NCBI GenBank assembly: GCA_963776975.1
Contig: CAVZOU010000022.1
Coordinates: forward strand, 81,353 to 145,352
Source: an uncultured Actinomycetota bacterium
Lineage (GTDB): Bacteria; Actinomycetota; Actinomycetes; Propionibacteriales; Nocardioidaceae
Length of the DNA: 64,000 bases
Direction: 5' to 3'
In this document: positions 23,731 to 35,280 of the stretch, one piece after another
How positions within the stretch are numbered: position 1 is the first letter of the stretch
Layout of the letters: every line of letters starts with the position of its first letter
Notes under the pieces: generated by a model
Told to the model about the DNA's origin: nothing
The model's database searches: none
What the model saw: only the letters and a program-made list of their open reading frames with translations
Position numbers and translations under genes: made by a program

Positions 23731-25077
23731 ATGGACCAGGAGATCTCAGCCTCGGCCGGCGCTCGACCTCGAGGAGCGCGTCCCGCTCCACGAGGTGTAC
23801 GACGCGAGCTACCGCAAGCTCCTGGTGCAGCTGTACGGCGTGACCGGGACCTCGACGAGGCGGAGGACGTCGTGCACGAGGCGTTCGTCCGCGCTGCGAG
23901 CCCGGAGGCGCTTCCTGCACGAGGTCGACCACGAGTCATGGCTGCGGACGACGGCGATCCACGTGCCATCGCAGCCGATGGCGCACGCTGCGCGCCGGCC
24001 GCCGTGCCCGCGAGCCGCGCGCGACCCACGACATGGAGCTCGGCTCGGAGCACCTCGTGGTCGTGACCGCCCTCAGGTCGCTCGCGGAGCAGCAGCGCGA
24101 GGTGGTCGCCCTGCACTTCCTGGCCGACCTGTCCGTGCGGGCCACGGCCGGAGAGCTCGACCTCCGTGCCCGCGACGTCAGGCCACTGCTGGATCGCGGA
24201 CGCGAGGCCCTCACCGTCCTGCTGACCCCGCCGGACGGGACGCCGGTCGAGCCTGACCTCCTGTTGCGAGCGTTCCGCGAGGAGGCGGAGTGCGTGACCC
24301 CGATTCCCGCCTTCGAGCCGGTGGCTGCGGCGGGGCGGGCCCTGCGCCGACGGCACCACTCCGTCGCGGGCGCGGCGTGCGCGTGCCTCCTCGCGCCCGT
24401 CGGGTTCCTCGCGCTGGGCGGCGAGGATCCACCCGCCGACGTGCCCCGGGGGGACGACCCGACGCGGTCGGAGGGCGTGATGGCCTACCCCGGACCCGTC
24501 ACGACCGCCCTTCCCCGCGGCAATCGGGAGCTGCACCCGGCCGTCGGCGACGACCGCCCGGTCGTGAGCTTCGCCCTCCCCGGGGAATGGAACAGCTGGG
24601 AGGTGGCCAACCGCGTCGAGGAGATGGCCCCGGGCGTCTCGGACAACGAGGAGCTGTTCGTGCGGGCGCCCTGGCACGTCGGGCTGCTGGTCCTCGAGGT
24701 CGAGCACATGGCCCGGCGCGGTTGCACCGTCGTCGACGTCAGCAACCACGACCCGGCCGGGCTCGTCGACTCGCTCACCCGACTCCCGCTCAGGGTGACC
24801 TCGGGACCGGAGCACGGCCAGCGGCTTCGGGGTGCCGGCGACCCACCTGAGGCTGCGCGGCGGCGCGGCTCCCGCCTGCCTGGACGACTACCTCTTCACC
24901 ACCAGCCGGTACAGCACCATCGACGCCACGGGCCGCGACACGACGTACGACGCGTGGGTGCTGGACGTGGGCGGGCGACCGCTCCTCGTGTGGGGCGTCT
25001 GGACGGACACCGCGCCCCCATCCGAGGTCGGCGAGCTGCTGGACGTCATCGACACCCTCGAGGTGCACAACGACTGA
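23731..25077 (+). CDS. Fused ECF sigma-like/anti-sigma-like protein, paralogue of the two upstream genes; frameshifted
   Basis: EVYDASYRKLLVQLYGVTG, AEDVVHEAFVRA, WLRTTAI, sigma4 continuing without a stop into LLLRAFREEAE, TM, YDAWVLDVGGRPLLVW. Confidence 0.75.
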
Positions 25078-25098
25078 CCGGGGGACAACGGGGGCCGA

Positions 25099-25135
25099 CC
25101 TCCCCTTCCCGGCCCGTGCGGGCGGGAAGGGGAGG
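25099..25135. terminator. Hairpin terminator between convergent genes
   Basis: CCTCCCCTTCCCG...CGGGAAGGGGAGG 13-bp stem with an inner GCCC/GGGC stem. Confidence 0.7.
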
Positions 25136-25140
25136 CGGTG

Positions 25141-27363
25141 TCAGGCGGGGAAGGACTCGCCCTTCGCGTGCAGGTCCCGGAGGTACGCCGTGGGGCGGAA
25201 CCGCTCGCCGTACGCGTCCGCGAGCTCGTCGGCCCGGGCCAGGAACGCGCCGAGACCGATCTCGCCGACGGGACGCCCGCGCTCGTCGAGCGCCTGGTAG
25301 CCGGTCATGAACTGCGCGGCGCCACCCGTGCTGGCCGGGAAGCCGATGCCCATGATCGAGCCGATGTTGGCCGCCGCCGCGGAGGTGATGACCTCCTCCT
25401 CGAAGCACTTCGCGGTCTCGATCGCCTCGATGAAGAGCAGCCGGTCCTTCATGTCCTCGAAGGGGATCTGCTCGGCGGCCACCGGGAACGCCTCGGCGAG
25501 GCCGGACCACAGGTGCGTGCGGCGACCGTTCTCGTCGTACTCGTAGAAGCCGGCACCCTTGAGCCGCGAGGGGCGGCCGAGCCCGATCATGGTGCGCACG
25601 ACCTCGGAGCCCGGGTCGTCGGGCAGCTCGACGCCGTCGCGCTCGGCGGCGGCCGCGGTCGCGGCACGGATCTTGGCCATCAGCTCCATGTTGAGCTCGT
25701 CGGAGAGCTGGAGGGTGCCGACCGGGTAGCCGTCCTGGGTCGCGGCCCGCTCGAGCGACACGGGGTGCGCGCCCTCGGCGAGCATCCGCAGCCCCTCGTT
25801 GACCATCGTGCCGATCACCCGCGAGGTGTAGAAGCCGCGCGAGTCGTTGACCACGATCGGGGTCTTGCGGATCTGCTGGACGACGTCGTACGCCTTGGCC
25901 AGCGCGACGTCGGAGGTCTCCTTGCCGCGGATGATCTCGACCAGCGGCATCTTGTCGACGGGGCTGAAGAAGTGCAGCCCGATGAAGTCGGCCGGCCGGT
26001 CGATGCCCTCGGCGAGCTCGGTGATCGGCAGCGTCGAGGTGTTGGAGCAGAGCAGTGCGTCGTCATTGACGTACGGCGCGACCTCGGCGAAGACCTTGGC
26101 CTTGAGCGCCGGGTCCTCGAAGACCGCCTCGATGACGAGGTCACAGCCGGCGAGGTCGGCGGGGTCGGCGGTCGCGGTGATCCGGCCCAGCAGCTCGTCG
26201 GCCTTGTCCTGGCTGAGCTTGCCGCGCTCGACGCCCTTGGCGTTGAGCTTGGCGGTGTAGGCCTTGCCCTTCTCGGCGCTGTCGGTCGAGACGTCCTTGA
26301 GCACGACCTCCATGCCGGCGCGGGCGCACGAGTAGGCGATGCCGGCGCCCATCATCCCGGCGCCGAGGACCCCGACCTTGGTGGCCTTCCAGCGCTCGAC
26401 GCCCTCGGGCCGCAGCGATCCGGAGTTGATCGCCTGGAGGTCGAAGAAGAACGCCTGGATCATGTTCTTGGAGCCCTGGTTGACGATCAGGCTGGTGAGG
26501 TAGCGCGACTCGATCCGCGACGCGGTGTCGAAGTCGACCTGCGCCCCCTCGACCGCCGCGCTGAGGATCGCGCGCGGGGCGGGGTAGACGGCGCCCTTGG
26601 TCTGCTTGCGCAGCAGCGCCGGGAAGGCCGGCAGGAACGCCGCCAGGGCGGGGGTCTTCGGGGTGCCGCCGGGCATCCGGTAGCCGGCGCGGTCCCACGG
26701 CTTGGTGGCCGCCTCCTCGTCGTCGCGGTGCGCGAGGATCCACGCCTTCGCTGCGGGGACGAGCTCGTCGCGGGTCGGCAGCAGCTCGTCGACGAGGCCC
26801 TTGGCCAGCGCGCCCTGCGGGTCGAACTGGGTGCCGGGCATGAGCACGTCCATGAGCGCGGACTGGAGACCGAGCATGCGTACGACGCGCGTCACGCCGC
26901 CGCCGCCGGGGAGCAGGCCGAGGGTGGACTCGGGCAGGCCGATCTTGACCGAGCGGTCGTCGACGGCGATCCGGTGGTTGGCCGCCAGCGCGATCTCCAG
27001 CCCACCGCCGAGGGCGGCGCCGTTGATGGCGGCCACGACGGGACGGGGAAAGCGCTCGAGGCGGCGGAGGCCGGCCTTGATCGCCTCGCCGGAGGTGAAG
27101 ATCCGCTGCGCGTCGTCGGCGGTCGCCTGCGACATCAGCGTGAGGTTGCCGCCGGCGAAGAAGGTCTTCTTGGCGCTGGCGATGACGACGCCGACGACGT
27201 CGTCCTGCTCGTCGTACAGGCGGTCGACGGCCGCGTCCATGGACCGCTGGTAGAGCTCGGTCATGGTGTTGGCCTTCGACGTGGGGTCGTCGAGGGTGAG
27301 GGTGACGATGCCGTCGGCGTCGCGCTCGTAGCGGACGGCCGTCTCGGTGGTGGTGTCAGTCAT
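25141..27363 (-). CDS. fadB: Fatty acid oxidation multifunctional protein (enoyl-CoA hydratase/3-hydroxyacyl-CoA dehydrogenase)
   Basis: ALGGGLEIAL, GLPE, GVLGAGMMGAGIA, SNTSTLPI, GLHFFSPVDKMPLVEII. Confidence 0.95.
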   Translation of the reverse strand: MTDTTTETAVRYERDADGIVTLTLDDPTSKANTMTELYQRSMDAAVDRLYDEQDDVVGVVIASAKKTFFAGGNLTLMSQATADDAQRIFTSGEAIKAGLRRLERFPRPVVAAINGAALGGGLEIALAANHRIAVDDRSVKIGLPESTLGLLPGGGGVTRVVRMLGLQSALMDVLMPGTQFDPQGALAKGLVDELLPTRDELVPAAKAWILAHRDDEEAATKPWDRAGYRMPGGTPKTPALAAFLPAFPALLRKQTKGAVYPAPRAILSAAVEGAQVDFDTASRIESRYLTSLIVNQGSKNMIQAFFFDLQAINSGSLRPEGVERWKATKVGVLGAGMMGAGIAYSCARAGMEVVLKDVSTDSAEKGKAYTAKLNAKGVERGKLSQDKADELLGRITATADPADLAGCDLVIEAVFEDPALKAKVFAEVAPYVNDDALLCSNTSTLPITELAEGIDRPADFIGLHFFSPVDKMPLVEIIRGKETSDVALAKAYDVVQQIRKTPIVVNDSRGFYTSRVIGTMVNEGLRMLAEGAHPVSLERAATQDGYPVGTLQLSDELNMELMAKIRAATAAAAERDGVELPDDPGSEVVRTMIGLGRPSRLKGAGFYEYDENGRRTHLWSGLAEAFPVAAEQIPFEDMKDRLLFIEAIETAKCFEEEVITSAAAANIGSIMGIGFPASTGGAAQFMTGYQALDERGRPVGEIGLGAFLARADELADAYGERFRPTAYLRDLHAKGESFPA

Positions 27364-27383
27364 GGTGTGGAAGTCCTTCGTGG

Positions 27384-28595
<1,212 letters not shown>

Positions 28596-28638
28596 GACCG
28601 TCCTTCGGAGTCGAGAGGGTGTGGGAACCCGTGGCTCG

Positions 28639-28669
28639 ATTGTGACACCATTACTGTCATCGTGGTCAA
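28639..28669 (-). promoter_or_regulatory. MerR-type promoter of fadAB
   Basis: TTGACC-19 bp-CACAAT with a TGACA-N7-TGTCA palindrome (28643-28659) in the spacer. Confidence 0.75.
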
Positions 28670-28705
28670 GGTGTGTGGCCCGCTTCACGCAGGAGGAGGA
28701 CGAGG

Positions 28706-29332
28706 ATGACCGACGCAGTGCCCGACGAGACGCCCGACGAGTCGTACGACGACGCGCCCGACGGCACCCTCCTCACCCTCGACGAGCTGACCGACCGGGT
28801 CGGGACGAGCGTGCGCAACGTCCGCTTCTACACCTCCCGGGGTCTCGTCCCGCCGCCCATCCGCCGGGGCCGCTCGGGCTACTACTCCGCCGACCACGTC
28901 GCCCGGCTCGAGCTGGTCCGCGAGCTCCAGGGCCACGGCTTCACCCTGGCCGCGATCGAGAAGTACGTCGAGCGCATCCCCGCCGACGCGACCCCCTCCG
29001 ACATCGCGCTCCACCTCTCCCTGCTCGCCCCCGTCACCGGGGAGCGCCACGTCGACGTCGCCGAGGGGCTGGCCTCGCTGGGCGTGCCGCCCGAGGCGGC
29101 CTCGGCCGTCGCCGAGGTGTACGCCGAGCACGGCCGCCAGGTGGCCGCCGAGCTGTCCGAGATCGTCCGGACCCTCGTCTGGCCGCCCTTCCGCGAGGCC
29201 GGCGGGACCGCCGAGCAGCTGCGCGAGATGGTCCACCGGCTCAAGCCCCTCACCGTGGCCGGGCTGGTCGCGGCCTACGAGCAGGCCATGGATGCCTCCG
29301 CGGCGGCGTACGACGGCAAGCGCCCGCACTGA
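28706..29332 (+). CDS. MerR family regulator
   Basis: [36 protein letters not shown]; divergent from fadA. Confidence 0.9.
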   Translation: MTDAVPDETPDESYDDAPDGTLLTLDELTDRVGTSVRNVRFYTSRGLVPPPIRRGRSGYYSADHVARLELVRELQGHGFTLAAIEKYVERIPADATPSDIALHLSLLAPVTGERHVDVAEGLASLGVPPEAASAVAEVYAEHGRQVAAELSEIVRTLVWPPFREAGGTAEQLREMVHRLKPLTVAGLVAAYEQAMDASAAAYDGKRPH

Positions 29333-29442
29333 CCCGCTCGCCCCACCCCCCGACGGGGTGACGACGAAGCGACAGGGCGAGGGGTCGGCTGAGAGACTGG
29401 TTCCATGCTCAACCACCTGACGAACCCCGGTCCGCGGACCCG

Positions 29443-30760
29443 ATGACCGGGGCGGCGGTCTACCTCCTCCTCGGCCTGTCCCTGCTCCTCGCGATCGTCC
29501 TTCCGCAGGTGACCCAGCGGATCGCGATCTCGCCACCGATGGTGCTCGTCGCCGTCGGCATGCTGATCGGCCTGCTGCCGCTCCCCGACGGCGTCAGCCT
29601 GGACCCGCAGGACCACCGCGAGCTGGTCACCCACGTCACCGAGTTCACCGTGCTCGTCTCGCTGATGGGCGTCGGCCTGGCCATCGAGCGCACCCTGGAC
29701 CTGCGGTCCTGGCGGTCGTGGCGCACCTGGTCCCCGGTCTGGCGGCTGCTGGTCGTGACCATGCCGCTCACCATCCTCGGCGTCGCCGTGCTCGGCTGGT
29801 GGGTCGCCGGGCTGGCACCCGGCGGTCGCCCTGCTGCTCGGCGCCGTCCTCGCCCCGACCGACCCGGTGCTCGCCTCCGACGTCCAGGTGGGCGAGCCGC
29901 TCACCGAGGACATCGACGAGCGCGAGGACCGCGACGAGCCCACCGAGGACGACGACATCCGCTTCTCCCTCACCGCCGAGGCGGGGCTCAACGACGGGCT
30001 GGCGTTCCCCTTCGTGCACCTGGCCCTGCTGCTGCTGGCCGGTGGCTTCACCGTCCTGGACGTCGGCACCTGGATCGGCTGGTACGTCGTGGGCAAGATC
30101 GCGCTCGGCGTCGCCGTCGGCATCGCGACGGGCTGGCTGCTCGGCCGCCAGGCCTTCCACTCGCGCAGCGACAAGCTGCGCCTGGCCGACCACGGCGAGC
30201 CGCTGCTGGCCCTCGCGGCCCTGCTCGCGGCGTACGGTGCCGCGGAGCTGGTCGGCGGCTACGGCTTCCTGGCGGTCTTCGCCTGCGCGATGCGCCTGCG
30301 GGCCTCCGAGCGCGGCCACTCCTACCAGCGCGCGATGCACGGCGTCGTCGAGCGCCTCGAGCGGCTGATGACGCTCATGGTCCTCCTGGTGCTCGGCATG
30401 GCGATGACCCGCGGGCTCCTGGACCACCTCGACTGGCGCGGCGTCGTCGTCGCGCTCGCGCTCGTGCTGGTGGTGCGACCGCTCGCGGGGTACGCCGCAC
30501 TGTCGGTGCTGGCGCGCGACGAGGACCGCGACGGTGGTCTCGACCGCGGCGAGCGGATGGCCGTGGCCTTCTTCGGCGTCCGCGGCGTCGGCTCGCTGTT
30601 CTACCTCGCCTACGCGACCAGCCACGAGCACGTGCCGGACGAGCCGTGGCTGTGGTCGACGGTGGCCTTCACGGTCATCGCGTCGGTGCTGCTCCACGGG
30701 GTCACCGCGACCCCGGCCATGGCGCGGCTCGACGAGCGGCGCGGGACCGGCGTCAGCTGA
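29443..30760 (+). CDS. CPA1/NhaP-type cation:proton antiporter; frameshift near 29820
   Basis: LAPTDPVLASDVQV, LTAEAGLNDGLAFP, FFGVRGVGS. Confidence 0.9.
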
Positions 30761-31389
30761 CCAGCCCGGCGATCCAGTCGCCGAGCACGGCGACCGTCCC
30801 GGCGCTCAGCGCGTGGCCGCCGGGGTCGCGGCGCGACGTCACGCAGCGCGCCCGCCCCGTCGTGCAGCCACGACCAGGTGCGGGTCTGCAGCTCGACCGG
30901 GATGACCGTGTCGAGCTCGCCGTGCACGACGAGGACAGGACGGCCGGAGAGTCGCCCCTCCCCCACGTCGACGCCCGCGTCCTCGAAGGGCAGCGTGCCG
31001 TGCAGGACCGCCGTGCCGGCGTAGCGACCGGGGTCGCCGAGCAGCAGCCCGCCGGCGAACGCCGCACCCCCGCTGAAGCCGACCAGCACGACGGGTCGAC
31101 CACCCGGTGCCACCTGGTCGAGCCACGCGCGGAACCACGCGGTCGTCGCGGTCAGGCTGTCGGCGAGCGGGCGGCCGATCCCGCGGTTGGCGAACCACGC
31201 GTAGCCGCCGCCCTCGGCGATCGGCGCACGCACCGCGGCGTACGACGGTCCGGCCGGCAGGTGGGCGGCCAGCCCGAGGATGTCCTGCTCGTGCGACCCG
31301 CGACCGTGCAGCAGCACGACGAGCGGGCGACCCGGGTCGTCGGTGCCGGCGGCCCAGGCGACCACCGGTGCGGCGAACGCGGTGCTCAC
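30753..31389 (-). CDS. Phospholipase/carboxylesterase (alpha/beta hydrolase); frameshift near 30845
   Basis: LLHGRGS, GFSGG nucleophile motif, HGELDTVIP, GGHAL. Confidence 0.85.
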
Positions 31390-31922
31390 CGTGCGCCCTC
31401 GTGGTCGGCGTCCGGGTCGACGACGACGCGACCGGCCGTGCGGACGCCCGACCAGCTGTCGACCTCGGCGGCCAGGTCGAGGCGCTCGACGGGGGCCTCG
31501 TGCTCGTAGCGGCCCCACTCGGCGCGGGGCAGCATCCACATCACCTCGAACTCGTTGCCGTCCGGGTCCTTGCCGTAGACGCTCTTGGTGGCGCCGTGGC
31601 TGGACTCCCCGGTGTAGGCGTCGGCGTTGGCCAGCGTGGTCCGGGCGGCCTCGAGCTGCTCGATGGTGTCGACCTGCCAGGCGAGGTGGTAGAGCCCGAT
31701 GCCGGGCCGCTTGACCTGGTCGGCGCCGATGCCGAAGAGGCCGAGGTCGTGGTGGTTGGCACCGTGCGTCAGGCGCAGGAAGGCCGCGCTGGCACGGGGC
31801 TCGCGCGCGGCGACCTCCATCCCGAACACGGACGTGTAGAAGTCGACCGACCGCTCGAGGTCGGCGACGAAGAGGACGGCGTGGTTGAGCCGGACTGCAG
31901 GGATGGGCGGGTGGGTCGTCAT
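31386..31922 (-). CDS. VOC family protein (glyoxalase/extradiol dioxygenase-like)
   Basis: LNHAVLFVADLERS, NHHDLGLF, GLYHLAW, SVYGKDPDGNEFE. Confidence 0.9.
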   Translation of the reverse strand: MTTHPPIPAVRLNHAVLFVADLERSVDFYTSVFGMEVAAREPRASAAFLRLTHGANHHDLGLFGIGADQVKRPGIGLYHLAWQVDTIEQLEAARTTLANADAYTGESSHGATKSVYGKDPDGNEFEVMWMLPRAEWGRYEHEAPVERLDLAAEVDSWSGVRTAGRVVVDPDADHEGAR

Positions 31923-32014
31923 GGGGTGCTCGCTCTCGTTCGGTCACACTATAGTTGAAGGTTGAACCAATGTCGCGATCCTCCCATTCCCCACCCCCGT
32001 GCGAGGCTGTGTCC

Positions 32015-32917
32015 ATGTCCACCGTCCTGGTCACCGGGGCCACCGGCTTCATCGGCCGCCGCCTCGTCCCCGCCCTCGTCGACGACGGGCACACCGTCCG
32101 CGCGATGACGCGCCGCCCCGAGCAGTACGACGGCCTCGGCGAGCCGGTCGGAGCGGACGTCATGGACCCCGAGTCGCTGGTCGCGGCGCTCGACGGCGTC
32201 GACGTCGCGGTCTACCTGGTGCACTCGCTGGACGACCCGGACTTCGAGCGCAAGGACGCGGACGCGGCCCGCAACTTCAGCAAGGCGGCCGCCACCGCCG
32301 GCGTGCGCCAGATCATCTACATGGGCGGGCTCGGCGCCGACGACGGCGACCTGTCGGCGCACCTGCGCTCCCGCCGGGAGGTCGAGGGCCTCCTCGGCCA
32401 GGACGGCGTACCCGTCACGGTCCTGCGGGCCGCCATCGTCGTCGGCCACGGCGGGATCTCGTGGGAGATCACCCGCCAGCTGGTCAAGAACCTCCCGGCG
32501 ATGATCGTCCCCAAGTGGGTCGGCACCCGCACCCAGCCGATCGCGCTCGACGACGTGATCCGCTACCTCGCCGGCGTCGTCGACGAGGACGAGGCGCTCG
32601 ACCGCGTCTTCGAGATCGGCGGCACCGAGCAGCTGACCTACCTCGAGATGATGACGGTGGCCGCGGAGCTCATCAACGGCCGCAGGATCCCCGTCGTGCC
32701 CGTCCCCGTGCTGACGCCGCGGCTCTCGTCGTACTGGCTCGCGCTGGTCACCGACGTGGACGCCACGACGGGGCGCAACCTCATCGACTCGATGTCGACC
32801 GAGGTCGTCGTGACCGACACGTCGATCCGCGACGTGGTGCCGGGCGAGCCGCTGAGCTATGCGGAGTCCGTACGCCGCGCGCTCGCGGACCGGGCGGCCG
32901 CCGCCGAGTCCGCGTAG
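32015..32917 (+). CDS. NAD(P)H-binding SDR-like protein (YbjT-like)
   Basis: VLVTGATGFIG, YLVHSL, HLRSRREVE, TQPIALDD. Confidence 0.88.
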   Translation: MSTVLVTGATGFIGRRLVPALVDDGHTVRAMTRRPEQYDGLGEPVGADVMDPESLVAALDGVDVAVYLVHSLDDPDFERKDADAARNFSKAAATAGVRQIIYMGGLGADDGDLSAHLRSRREVEGLLGQDGVPVTVLRAAIVVGHGGISWEITRQLVKNLPAMIVPKWVGTRTQPIALDDVIRYLAGVVDEDEALDRVFEIGGTEQLTYLEMMTVAAELINGRRIPVVPVPVLTPRLSSYWLALVTDVDATTGRNLIDSMSTEVVVTDTSIRDVVPGEPLSYAESVRRALADRAAAAESA

Positions 32918-32921
32918 GACG

Positions 32922-33608
32922 TCAGCGGAAGAACAGCGGGAGCACCAGGAGCATCGACAGCGACCAGGTGCAGTGCGTGATGATCGGCGCCAGCACGCCG
33001 CCGCTCGCGCGGCGCTGGAGGCCGCAGACGAGCCCGATGAGGATGGCCGCGAAGGCCAGCATCACGTTGCCGGTGGCCAGCGTCGCGACGAAGTAGGCGA
33101 GCGTCGTCCAGGCGACCGGGTTGCGCGGGATCGCGGCGTAGGCGGCGCCCCGGAAGAAGAGCTCCTCGGCGATGCCGTTGATGAGCGTGATGACCACGAG
33201 GACCGGCACCGAGCCCTCGTCGGCGTAGGCCAGCACCGAGCTGACGTAGTCGGCCAGCGGCTCGATCTGGCGCACCACCAGCGAGCCGACGACGAAGAGC
33301 GCCACCAGTGCCAGCCCGAGGGTGAGCGGCGCGACCACCGGTCGCAGGTGCGCCTCGCCCCGGGTGATGCGGCCGAGGTGCAGGCGGCCCGACGCGAAGG
33401 CGCCGACCACCCAGACCCCGGCCAGCACCATGGTCGAGACGTAGAACGTGGGACTGCCCGGCTCGATCCTCAGCGAGTAGCCGAGGACACCGGCGCCGAT
33501 GAGGACGACGGCGACCGTGACGACCTGGCGTCGACGCAGTGCGGTCGGGGTGTCGCGCTGGTCGCGCGGCACCACGTCCCACAGGGAGCGTCGCAACCAG
33601 TCGTACAC
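32922..33608 (-). CDS. CPBP (CAAX/Abi) intramembrane glutamic endopeptidase
   Basis: AEELFFRG and APIITH motifs; multiple TM helices. Confidence 0.88.
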   Translation of the reverse strand: MYDWLRRSLWDVVPRDQRDTPTALRRRQVVTVAVVLIGAGVLGYSLRIEPGSPTFYVSTMVLAGVWVVGAFASGRLHLGRITRGEAHLRPVVAPLTLGLALVALFVVGSLVVRQIEPLADYVSSVLAYADEGSVPVLVVITLINGIAEELFFRGAAYAAIPRNPVAWTTLAYFVATLATGNVMLAFAAILIGLVCGLQRRASGGVLAPIITHCTWSLSMLLVLPLFFR

Positions 33609-33643
33609 GGTCCCGAGCCTAGAGAGGGGGCGAAAGCCCTCGG

Positions 33644-35145
33644 TCAGCGCCCGGAGCTGAAGGACGACGAGCTGTGCACGCGCGTGCTGCCGCCGCCCGA
33701 GGAGCCGGCGCCGCCGCGACGCTGGCCGCGCGGGCCACCGCCCTGGCCGCCACCCTGGCCGCCACCGCCGGAGCGACGACGCTGGCCGCCGTTGCCGCCA
33801 CCGTTGCCGCCCTGACCGCCCGAGGAACGACCCTCGGAGGAGCCGCCGGTCGGGTTGCCCCGACGCGACTGGCCGTTGGTCTGGCCGGTGCTGCGGGCCC
33901 GCTTGCGCTGGGCGTTGGCGCCGTTGGACCGGCCGCCACCGCCACCCGAGGTGGGCACCTCGACGACGAGGCCGCCGGGCGTGCTGCGCTCGCCGGGGGC
34001 GAGCTGGACCAGCATCGGGTGGTCGGAGCCGTGGACCTTGGTGGTCGTGGGCTTGATGCCCGCGAGACGGGTCAGGTCGCGCACGTCGCGGACCTGGTCG
34101 TCGGTCATCAGGGTGATGACGGTGCCCTCGGCGCCGGCACGCGCCGTACGGCCCGAGCGGTGCAGGTAGGCCTTGTGCTCGGTCGGCGGGTCGGCGTGGA
34201 TCACGAGCGCCACGTCGTCGACGTGGATGCCGCGCGCGGCGATGTCGGTCGCGACCAGGGTCGTGGCCTTGCCGGAGTGGAACATCTCCATGTTGCGCGT
34301 GCGCGCGTTCTGGCTGAGGTTGCCGTGCAGGTCGACCGACGGGATGCCGCGACTTGTTGAGCTGGCGGGCCAGCGCCTTGGCGCCGTGCTTGGTGCGGGT
34401 GAAGACGACCGTGCGGCCGGGGGCGCTGGTCAGGTCGACGAGCACCGGCACGCGCTGGTCGCGGGAGACGTGCAGCACGTGGTGCGACATCGTCGAGACC
34501 GGCGACTGGGCCGAGTCGGCCTCGTGGGTGACCGGGTTGGTCAGGAAGCGCTTGACCAGCACGTCGATCGCCTTGTCGAGCGTCGCGGAGAACAGCAGGC
34601 GCTGTCCGGTGCGCGGCGTCTTGTCCATGATCCGGCGCACGCCGGGCAGGAAGCCGAGGTCGGCCATGTGGTCGGCCTCGTCGAGGATGGTGATCTCGAT
34701 CGCGGACAGGTCCGCGTAGCCCTGGCCCATGAGGTCCTCGAGGCGGCCGGGGCAGGCGATGACGATGTCGACGCCCTTCTTGAGCGCGGTGGTCTGCGGG
34801 CCCTGGCCCACGCCGCCGTAGATCACGACGGTGGACAGGCCGGCGGCGTCGGCCATCGGCTTGAGCGGCGGCGTGGATCTGGCCGACCAGCTCGCGGGTG
34901 GGGGCCAGGATCAGCGCACGCGGCTTGCGCGGCATCGCCGGCATCTTGGAGGCGTCGAGGCGCGCGATCAGCGGCAGCACGAACGCGTACGTCTTGCCGG
35001 AGCCGGTGCGGCCACGGCCGAGCACGTCGCGACCGGCGAGGCTGTCGGGCAGCGTCGCGGCCTGGATGGGAGTGGGGGTGGTGATGCCCTGCTTCTCGAG
35101 GATCTTGATCGACGAGGCGGGCACGCCGAGGTCGGCGAAGTTCAT
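33644..35145 (-). CDS. DEAD/DEAH-box RNA helicase; frameshifts near 34865 and 34350
   Basis: Q motif PTPIQ, GRTGSGKT, PTREL, DEAD, SAT, ARGIH, HRSGRTAR; Gly/Arg-rich tail. Confidence 0.95.
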
Positions 35146-35280
35146 GGGGAGAGTCTTTCGGTTGGCGTCTCGCCAATCGTGGGCCGCCAGCATCGGCGGC
35201 ATACGTCCTCGGAGGCGGATCGACCGACTGCGTGAGTCACGATCCGTGCGCCCGTTGCAAGACTTGACGGGCTGCGTGGG
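35146..35280 (-). promoter_or_regulatory. Structured 5' leader of the helicase gene
   Basis: Four consecutive hairpins downstream of a TTCACA-N16-TACCGT promoter candidate. Confidence 0.55.

Noticed and set aside
32922-33608. Abi phage-defence gene
   Set aside because: CPBP/Abi is a membrane protease family name; there is no defence-island context
32922-34856. DEAD helicase-CPBP protease fusion (644-aa ORF)
   Set aside because: Artefact of the frameshift near 34350; the helicase ends at 33644 followed by a hairpin, and the protease has its own start near 33608
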